DNA of 64,000 nucleotides from Lingula anatina (Eukaryota; Animalia; Brachiopoda): contig CM120642.1 in assembly GCA_051362555.1 (NCBI GenBank), positions 6,200,001 to 6,264,000 of the forward strand, read 5' to 3'. Every line of letters starts with the position of its first letter. Position 1 is the first letter of the stretch. The translations under genes and the position numbers were made by a program. Positions 1 to 46,044 of the stretch are shown in pieces. The notes beneath the pieces are model-generated. The model saw nothing but the letters and a program-made list of their open reading frames with translations. It had not been told where the DNA came from and did no database searches.

Positions 1-187
1 CCCAGGTGTCACAAAGTGTGTTAAAACTCACATTCATGCATGGTACACCACATCTGGGTCTTTTGTTCTAGCCATCTACCATGGTTTTAAAAACATATAA
101 ATATACTAAAAAATGACCAACATTAAATTTTACTGTTTTCGTTTTACAAAACTTGTCATTCAGTGAGATGTATCTCTATTGTTTCAG

Positions 188-256
188 GTCTCTCCATTGT
201 GCACGGGGCGTGCAGGTGCGTGTGTGGTTCACATACGGCACACACAGCTCATTTGA
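188..256 (+). CDS. KLHL5: Terminal coding exon of a kelch-like (BTB-BACK-Kelch) protein of the KLHL1/4/5 group; upstream exons lie outside the window
   Basis: Acceptor ...tattgtttcag|G at 187/188. The phase-0 reading VSPLCTGRAGACVVHIRHTQLI* closely matches the last kelch repeat/C-terminus I recall for KLHL5 (VAPLCLGRAGACVVTVKL*) and KLHL1 (GRAGACVVVIK). This frame is absent from the supplied ORF track. Confidence 0.85.
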   Translation, partial: VSPLCTGRAGACVVHIRHTQLI

Positions 257-484
257 CAGGAGGCTTGCGGGTCACGGTACGGGGCCTCGCTGTGGCCCGC
301 AGATGGAAAATGCAGGATCTCCCCGGCTCAGAGACGCAGCCCCCGTCTCACCCCCGCGCTACCTCTAAATTCCATATTCCTGGCCAATGAGAGTGACTCT
401 TCTGGATCAGAGGGGGAGCTGTTCAAGAGGTCTTTACAAATTATAAAAGAAGAACAGCCCCCACCTTTGGAGACGGCACTTTGA
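257..484 (+). CDS. Putative in-frame C-terminal extension (75 aa) of the KLHL5-like protein beyond the TGA stop (readthrough or alternative acceptor isoform)
   Basis: Open in the same frame from 257 to TGA 482-484: QEACGSRYGASLWPADGKCRISPAQRRSPRLTPALPLNSIFLANESDSSGSEGELFKRSLQIIKEEQPPPLETAL*. GC-rich compared with the downstream UTR. Contains LxxIxE and C-terminal E-T-A-L motifs. Confidence 0.6.
   Translation, partial: QEACGSRYGASLWPADGKCRISPAQRRSPRLTPALPLNSIFLANESDSSGSEGELFKRSLQIIKEEQPPPLETAL
265..302 (+). promoter_or_regulatory. RNA stem-loop 8 nt 3' of the TGA stop; candidate readthrough-stimulating element
   Basis: UUGCGGGUCACGGU (265-278) pairs uninterrupted with GCUGUGGCCCGCAG (289-302): 10 Watson-Crick and 4 G-U pairs. 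Loop ACGGGGCCUC. Confidence 0.6.
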
Positions 485-2299
485 AGAAGAAGTGTATCTT
501 AGAGACGCTGCTCTCATTTCCACAGTGTTAACATGGCTTCCAAACTTGCACACTCAGAGGAAAATTTCCTTCGAAAAATTCTCACACAGCTTGCTATGTG
601 ATCCAAAAGTCTTTTGCTGTAGTGGGAAGATGTTGCCAGCTTCCATTTTGATTGGCTGTGAATGGCCTTTTAGAAGTGTATCAGGCTGTCATTTATAGTG
701 GAACTGTGCTGCCATCTATATTTGAAAACTGGTTTCACTTTACCATTAGTGTGCATTATGGTCTTTCAGAGAATTGAAGATGGCCCTGGTAAAACTGCAG
801 TTTACATTCAGCTGTTATGTCTTATCTTTTAGTACTTTCCAACTGACATCATAGAAGGGTTCATGTTGAAGATATTTCTTTTCCGTCAAACATTGTTAAC
901 ATCTGAAGCTGTGCTTCGTTGTTGAAGTATGCACCCATGCACCTGTTCTGAAATATGCAATCAATTTTTAAGAGTGCCTTTCTTGAATGCACGGCGTTTC
1001 CACACTCGTCTTCTCAATACTGACAGAGTCAGTTTATACACGCTTTTCTGATTGTGATCTCAATCTTAATTGTTTGAGTGATATGGTTTACAGGTGAAGA
1101 AAAGTGAAGGGGAGAGGGGAAAAATGATGCAGTGGGCAGTAATGATGAAGAATGTGATTTATATTGATATCATGTTCTAATGAGGATGAAATACTCTCTT
1201 GTTATTATATTTATTAGCGTCTGATTTTGCAGCATAATTAGATCTGTCCATGAAGCTTGGGAAGAACTAAGTACAGGAGAGCTGGTATCTTCTAAAATAT
1301 TCACATATTTTTTAAAAATCTCATAGTGAAACTCTAGTGAAAGAATATTTGTATGTATTATGAAAGATCAGTCAGACGACATTTGGCTGCATTTTGGCAA
1401 TAATTTAATGACCTTTGTTCAAGTAGTCTGCTATGGGACAGAGTAGAAAATATTTTATTTCAAACTTTGAACATAAGCCCAGCAAATCAGAGCAGTCATG
1501 ATAGTCTTATGCGTTTGATGATTGTTTGGCATATTTGTAGCATTAAATGTGCTGAAGAATCTAGACTCAGCAGCTAGTTTTTTCGTTACCCATGCTTTTT
1601 TGATTTAGCTTACTAACAATTGGTAGGGTGTAATCCACTTAAGTGAAGTAGCCAATTTTGATGTATGCCTGAATCCTTCTGTGAAGGAAAAGTTTCAAAA
1701 CATGTCATCTGTAAATACTGCAAGGTCATCCTTGCCATCTTGTTATAGTTAATATCAACAGGTTATGGCTTCTTTTGTAAATATGTATTATACTTCATCA
1801 AGCAATAAGTGGTGAAAGCAGGTGTTTTTTATTCTGGAGAATGTAAGGGAGTTTTAATTTCCAAGGTGATCTGATGAAGAGAAAAAAAATTGAAAAAGGT
1901 CAAGCAAAGGCAGCTTCAGTTAAGTAAGGGAACATTTTAGGCTCAACAGATTTAACCTAGGGAAGTATAAGATTTTGAACTTAGTACCCAAAGATGTGAC
2001 AGTAGAGACAGGTAATTAGTGATGTTATTTTCATCCCCAAACATTTCAGAATATATCCTCTTTTTGGTCAGTAAACCCCAGTTGCTGTGAAATGGAGAAC
2101 CATTCTGCACCGCGGGCTAGAGAAGAGCAGTTTCACCAGTGATATTGGGGTATATTTCTTTGTTTTTCATTTTATGATAGTTTAAAATTCAGTTTCAATC
2201 ATGGACAGAACGGACAGGCTGCTTTTGGTGGCTTTTTGACATATAACTAGGACAAAGCGCAAGTTTACTGCAACTTTTGTCTTCATTGTTATGATGCAG

Positions 2300-2583
2300 G
2301 GACCTGTATCACACAAAAAGTTTTTGAACTTAAGTTTTACTGCTAAAGTTGGACAGCAGTGCAGTCCACTTTCCCGTATTGACTTAGGAGCTTTACGAAA
2401 GATGGTCCACAATAAATGTATTTGAAATTCCTAAATGGGCTAAAGTTGCCACTGAGACCATCACAATGCATGTATGAGGCTAAGAAAAAAGACCAAAAAT
2501 AAATTGAGCAGCCTTTGTGTAACACGATTTGGGCTAAGATTTCAGTCTAAAAGCTGACTTGAGACTTTTTGTGAAATGGGTTC
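2300..2583. mobile_element. Degenerate MITE (PIF/Harbinger-like, CWG target site) in the KLHL5-like 3'UTR
   Basis: Imperfect terminal inverted repeats GGACCTGTATCACACAAAAAG ... CTTTTTGTGAAATGGGTTC flanked by CAG/CTG. Similar termini occur at 24500-24769. Confidence 0.5.
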
Positions 2584-2877
2584 CTGCTGTCATACCAAGT
2601 TGATTTAAGAAATCCATCAAAAGTCACTAGGCAGCCAGAATAGAGGCACCGTTGCTCCTTAAGATATCTGGTCATGTGCTAACACATTTAAGACCTCTTT
2701 GCAGTCAAGAATATTTCTTGTCTAAACACATGATGTCAAGAGGTCATATCAGTATTTCATTGGTCTATATGTTGTGTCAAGTGCAACAAATGCTTTGACC
2801 CCCTCAGTCGTGTTTCTCACAAGTGCAATTGTATTTGTAAACTGTTATAACATTATATGAACACAGTTAAATTTAGT

Positions 2878-2920
2878 AATAAAGTTTCAAAATATATTAC
2901 GTTTTTGTTTGTGTTTGTTT
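2878..2920 (+). terminator. Polyadenylation signal of the KLHL5-like gene
   Basis: AATAAA at 2878-2883 followed by a GU/U-rich downstream element GTTTTTGTTTGTGTTTGTTT at 2901-2920. Confidence 0.65.
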
Positions 2921-3909
2921 AAAGAATGCAATCATATCTATATAACAGTAAAACTATCACGTGGCTTTCACTAAATTTTGCAGTTTATCAGTTGTCTGAA
3001 ATATCTAGGTCCATCAGCAAATGATTAACATGTTCCAAATTGATATAAGTTGATGGAAAGGACATCAACATTTGAAAATGAATAGATTTGCCTGCAAAAT
3101 AAAAAATGAGACCTGTCATGTTCACTTTGTAATAATACTAAGCATGAATGTGTGTTTAGAATTGGATATTGTAAATGGCACAGCTCTCTCTGGCCATTAT
3201 GCTACAGTACGTGTCCATCAATTTAAATTACATATCAAAACTTACCTGTCATCTAAACATCCTGGTATTTATATCTCTTTAATGAGAATTTTGCAATGTG
3301 CAATGATGGTACAAAAAGTCTGGCAATATATGGTAGTTGTGACAGCTACTACATATCCCCTTGCTTTGAAAGAGCCATGGATACGTTAAGGTTTATATTA
3401 AACTATAATACTTAGTAGAAATGAACATAACAATAGCTCCAGTCAAGCATGTATTTATGCTACAAATACAGCAACGTACATATATACAATAAGTATGTAC
3501 ACTTTTAAAAATAAATTTAAACTTTATAACATAAAGAAACATCAATGTAAAACTGTACAAAATCACAGCATTTTAAGTTTGGTGTTTTGGCTCCTTTTAA
3601 GTGTCTCTCTCCAGCCTCCCTTCCTCCCCCCCAAAAGAAAAAAAAGTTTTTAGTATACTATTCATTGGTCCCAAACTATGACAATGTTCTCAACTCTCTT
3701 TTTAAAAAACCTGGTCATTTCACCTTTAAAATATGTATTTATAATAATGATTGGACTTTTCATTACAATTGTATTAAATGGATTTCTGAGATCATATCAC
3801 AGATTAATGTCAGTACAGTGCATGTGGCCACAGGGTAATTGTCTTTGTTAAGAAATCTTGGAAAATTTCTGCATGTAGCCCTGTAAATCGTAGGCCTGGA
3901 ATTCAGAAG

Positions 3910-3915
3910 TTTATT
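3910..3915 (-). terminator. Candidate polyadenylation signal of TTC6
   Basis: TTTATT on + (AATAAA on -) about 45 nt after the TTC6 stop codon. More distal sites are possible. Confidence 0.4.
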
Positions 3916-3957
3916 AAATTAAATGCAGTTTGTTAACAAAACCAGCAACTCTTCCAT

Positions 3958-41702
<37,745 letters not shown>

Positions 41703-42096
41703 CTTGGTTATTTTAATCTGAAGTAAGCAGATTTATCAATAGTAAATGGTCTTTACAATTATTTGCAAAATTGAAAAAATAAAATGCCCCATCATTATAG
41801 CATCGGGTCATCATTTCAAACATTTGATGTACTTATTATGCAAATTGAAATAACATGTAAGGAATCCGTTCCACACGCAGAAAAAAGCAATGAAAAATCA
41901 CTGGTGCATCATCATTCTGTTTAATTTTTGCGGTAAGCAGGGGGCCAAAATTGAAAATGCAGCCAGGCTGGCAAATTGACCATATCTGAGAGCAGAGATG
42001 TGGAATAATTGCCACTATGGTTGTATTCTGATTTATCTACCCATTTCCGTTATCTTGCACGTATATTTTCTAAACACTTCTGAAATGGCTACTCAC

Positions 42097-42440
42097 CTTA
42101 TAACCCCAATAAAAATATATTCACCAAAACATCGGCAGACTTGTTTCAAAGTTTTATTTTGGCCGCCATGTTGTTGGTGTGTTGCTCTGGAAATTCTCAG
42201 AAAATCTCGTTTGTATTTTGGCCTTATTTCTCGGTTCATGAATGGCGAGGGAAGTCATGTAAATCAAGGTTGATTATGCATTATCATATCTTACAGATAA
42301 AGAGGTAATTCTTCTATCCTTTGGGAAACGAAAGAAAATAAAGTCCAAAGTAATGTTACTCTCGTTCTTAGTGCGAGATTTGAATATTCCCGTCTCCATT
42401 TACTAAAGATAAAGGTGTACCTCCATGCGCGACGACAACA
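42097..42440. promoter_or_regulatory. Bidirectional TTC6/MRPL28 promoter with non-coding first exons, a YY1-like motif and an RFX X-box-like motif
   Basis: Donor AAG|GTGAGT on - at 42097/42096 (TTC6 5'UTR exon; acceptor at 41718). Donor ACA|GTAAGT on + at 42440/42441 (MRPL28 5' exon; acceptor at 42710). CAACATGGCGGCC on - at 42161-42173. GTTGCTCTGGAAAT at 42181-42194. The region is locally CpG-rich. Confidence 0.65.
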
Positions 42441-42710
42441 GTAAGTAAAAAAACAAATGTTGACACTAAACGTCATGATCAAATTGAAGCGACGTCGTAT
42501 GTGAAGTAATAATAATATTTTGTTACTTGTGACCTGTGGCCGTTACTTATATAAATTTTGTGTAATTACCCTGTGCTATTTAAACGTAACGTATCCCCCC
42601 GTCTCTCTACTCTTGATAAATTAGGTCTAGATTTTACTCTCCAGGCTCAAGCACTTAGCCCCAGATTTCAGCCTTTACATTAATGCAGTCTTTTTTGCTG
42701 ACCACCATAG

Positions 42711-44356
42711 ATGTGTGCCTCCTGGAAGAAGCTAGTCCCTCATTGGGCCCGGAGCCCCGTCTACTACCGCCCTCCTCCTTGGGTTCGTAACTGGGAAGCT
42801 CATCACATCAAGCCATGGAAGTTTGTGGGGCCTGGTGTGGTCTCTCGGCTACCCGAGCACTACATCAAGAGGAAGATAGAGCTGATATCAGAAGAACCAC
42901 ATCCAGTCCACTGGGAACCAATCAACAAGAAGTATTCAGTCAGGGATGTCACCACAGGATTGGCAGAAAGGTGAGAGATCACAGGCAGGATGAAAGTTTA
43001 AATTTCTGTCAGATTACAGCTTATTGTAAAACGCTTGGTTTGTATGTCTCTTTTGTATTGCTTTCTAAGACTGAATTGATGGTTTATATGTTGCCATCTT
43101 TATCACTGAAAAGTTATCCCTACCTCACATGGACTCTTGCATGTTTTCTAACCTCACATCACTCAGCTTTGTTTTAGGCTCAGTTTATTTCCATGGTGAA
43201 TAAGAATTCCCGAGTGCCACACATGCAAATTCATCAATACAGGCATAAAATTGTAATGTTGTAAAGTTGAGCATCTCCGGGCCATAGGCAAGTAAATTTT
43301 ATATTTACCATATTTTTAATTTCAATAAATACAGGTTAATAAATAAATAAATACACCCAACCTTTACCTTTCATTTTTCACAGGGTTCAAATCCAGAACA
43401 TAGCTATACCTGTGTTTTACCCAGAGCAAGCTGATCAAGGCCTCTGGGGAGGAGAAGGAATTGTACAAGGATATTACAGGAAAAAGTTGAGAAGGAGAAG
43501 GTAATTCAAGTTAAAATAACTGTATCACATGGATATGCTTAACCCATTGTTGAAGAGTCAGATAATATGCATTTAAGAACCTTCAGACAAAGGGTGTACA
43601 TATTGGAAATTTCTGCCACAGTGTTTTGTTAACTTAGCTATGTGATAGTCCTGTGCATTTTCTACAAGCTCATTCTTTTTTGTAAATTAAGAAGTTTTAA
43701 AATTGAGAATTTTATTTGAAAATATGCAGCATTGACTTGGATAATAGACTTTACATAGAGATGATAGAGGTGTTCTAATATCAAGTTTATAGTGACTGTA
43801 TATTGATATTTTTAAACTTTTATTCCAGCTCTCCTAAACTGTGGAAACCAAAGGTCTTCAATTTTTTTCTGTACAGTGAAATTTTGGATCGCTGGATGGA
43901 AATTGCCATCACCCAAAGAACACTTGATCTTATAGATGAAGCATTAGGGTTTGATAATTATATTCTAAAGGTTTGTTTTTAGATTTGGTATTTTTGCCTG
44001 ATGTAGGTCTTTATGAGTAAACGGAATTATACGTAGTTTCTTGTAACCAAGTATTTAATAGATTATTTTCATCTTCATTTTTGGCTGACTATTCTTAATT
44101 ATTGAAGTTGAAGGAAGTTTCCCTGTGACTGCTTTTGTAATTTTAATTTTTAATTAAAAAATTGCTTTTCCTCCAACCATAAATACAGATCATTTTTATT
44201 TGATATTTTCAGACCCATGAAAGGGACCTGAAATCTCAACTAGGAAATAAGCTGAAGAGGGAGATGTTACTGGCATTGGTTAGAAAATCATTACATCCCA
44301 GTAATCCAAAAAAGAGGGAAGAGCTTCTGGAGAAATACAAGGAGTTTATAATACCA
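42711..44356 (+). CDS. MRPL28: Mitochondrial large-subunit ribosomal protein bL28m; first four coding exons (221 codons), last exon not found in window
   Basis: Exons 42711-42970, 43384-43500, 43829-43970 and 44213-44356 are phase-consistent GT-AG. Diagnostic motifs: [77 protein letters not shown]. Confidence 0.93.
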
Positions 44357-46044
44357 GTGAGTTCTTTTCCTTTCTTACCTTGACACTGATTTGATCTTTT
44401 TTCAGGTATTCTGAAGACTATTACACAAGTGAGAGAGTCTCCTCACCCCCCCCCACCCCAGTATTATATTACAAATAAATCCAAAGTTTTATGTGTATCT
44501 TTTTTTTTTTTTTTACCAAAAAAGAAGAAAGAAAGACATAAGAAATGAAAATTGAACAAAGTAATATTGTACTGTAACAAAAAGTTAGATTTAAAAGCAA
44601 ACTTTGGGAAAATTTGATATTAGCTGTACTAAAAAAATTGAAAAGCTGGAAATAAAACTTTGTAATGGGGTTACTTTATTTTTAACATTATACATGATTA
44701 AATGATGAAACATCAATATAAAGTTAGGTATTGAAAATCGGATGCAATGGTGTGACCAAGTGCTGAAATTGCAAATGTGATAGTTGAGACAGGAGCATAA
44801 TAATATGTAATTGCTGCAGCTCAAATTGATTGGAAACTCCACCTGACTGTCAGCTTGACCTGTTAATAAATCAAAAAAGCGCATAAAACAATTTTAGAAT
44901 TTAATGTACCATAGTGGAAAAATAATCCAAATTTGTTTAACTTTTTAAAAAGAATTTGAAAAACTTGACACAATTGGGATACTGTGTAAGTTCCATACAT
45001 GTTTATACATATATCATTTAATATTTTAGAAAAAATATGCTCCATGAGATTTGTTTGAGATAAATAACATAACTGCTGTGTTAATAGGTAAAGATTTTCA
45101 ATACCTAAGGAGTCGGAGGATATAGCTCATTGGGGATGTGGAAGAAAGCTTAATTATAGAGAGTTGATTCTTTCTAATGAGATTTTTAGTCTTCATGAAC
45201 TCAAAATTTGATAAATAGTCTTAAAGATATGTTCTTTAATATTTAGCATCATATTTTATTAGGTACAAAAATATATACAAGCTTGTTTGTTTTCCCTAAG
45301 TAAAGAAAGAACAGCACAATATATATTTCAGTAGTGAATTTTATTGTACACAACACAGCTTGATTGGCAGAAAAGAGATATATTACATTGAAGAGTAAAA
45401 TGATACCATCCCTGCAGTCTAATGATCTAGCTATTGCTCATTTATAAAATGGCAAGCACGAGTCTTGGACTGAGAATTTACACATGTATATTACTACAAA
45501 TCAGCATTTATTTACTTTACTGTGAGATTCATCAATCAAGTGGCATAATATTGCAACAAACAAAAAACTCAATCTCAACATTGACATAAAAGAGTTTAGG
45601 ACTGTTTTTGTTTCAGAATTATACTTTATAGATTATTTTGGAATGTTTGGATCCCTGTATGAGTGTTCTAATGTCAGCACCTTTTGATAGGTAAATTTTG
45701 TGTTACTTTTTTGGGTACAAATATGCTGTTGATTTATATCCAACAGGTCCTTCCATTACTACAAGGTATAACTTGCTCAACTTTTAATAAGCCATTGAGT
45801 CATGTGGCTAATGTAGAATTATATCCTATCAGTTTTTACTATGGTATTTGTGAAATGTTTACCGTGTTATTAATTAACTTTTAACAAGCCATCCTATGTC
45901 TCTGTTCAAACCCTCCTGAAAAGATTTTCTGCAATATCTTTCTTTTTAGGGAGTTTCAGTGATAGCTTCTATAAAAAATAAATAATATTTTTTCACTTTC
46001 TTCACAAAACCACTTGACATTTCTGTGTTCTAAATATGCTTCAT

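Noticed and set aside
254-256. TGA as selenocysteine, or an antizyme-type +1 frameshift site
   Set aside because: It sits at the normal KLHL C-terminus with no redox motif. I could not identify a SECIS by eye (a SECISearch run would settle it). The context is not UCC-UGA, and the +1 frame is not antizyme-like.
153-390. ORF-track frames 153-368 and 163-390 as the coding frame of the first exon
   Set aside because: The third frame from the acceptor matches the KLHL1/4/5 C-terminal kelch repeat; these two frames resemble nothing I recognise.
44406-44414. cag|GTATTCTGA as the final MRPL28 exon
   Set aside because: It would require a 49-nt intron and drop the conserved C-terminal segment. Not favoured, though not formally excluded.
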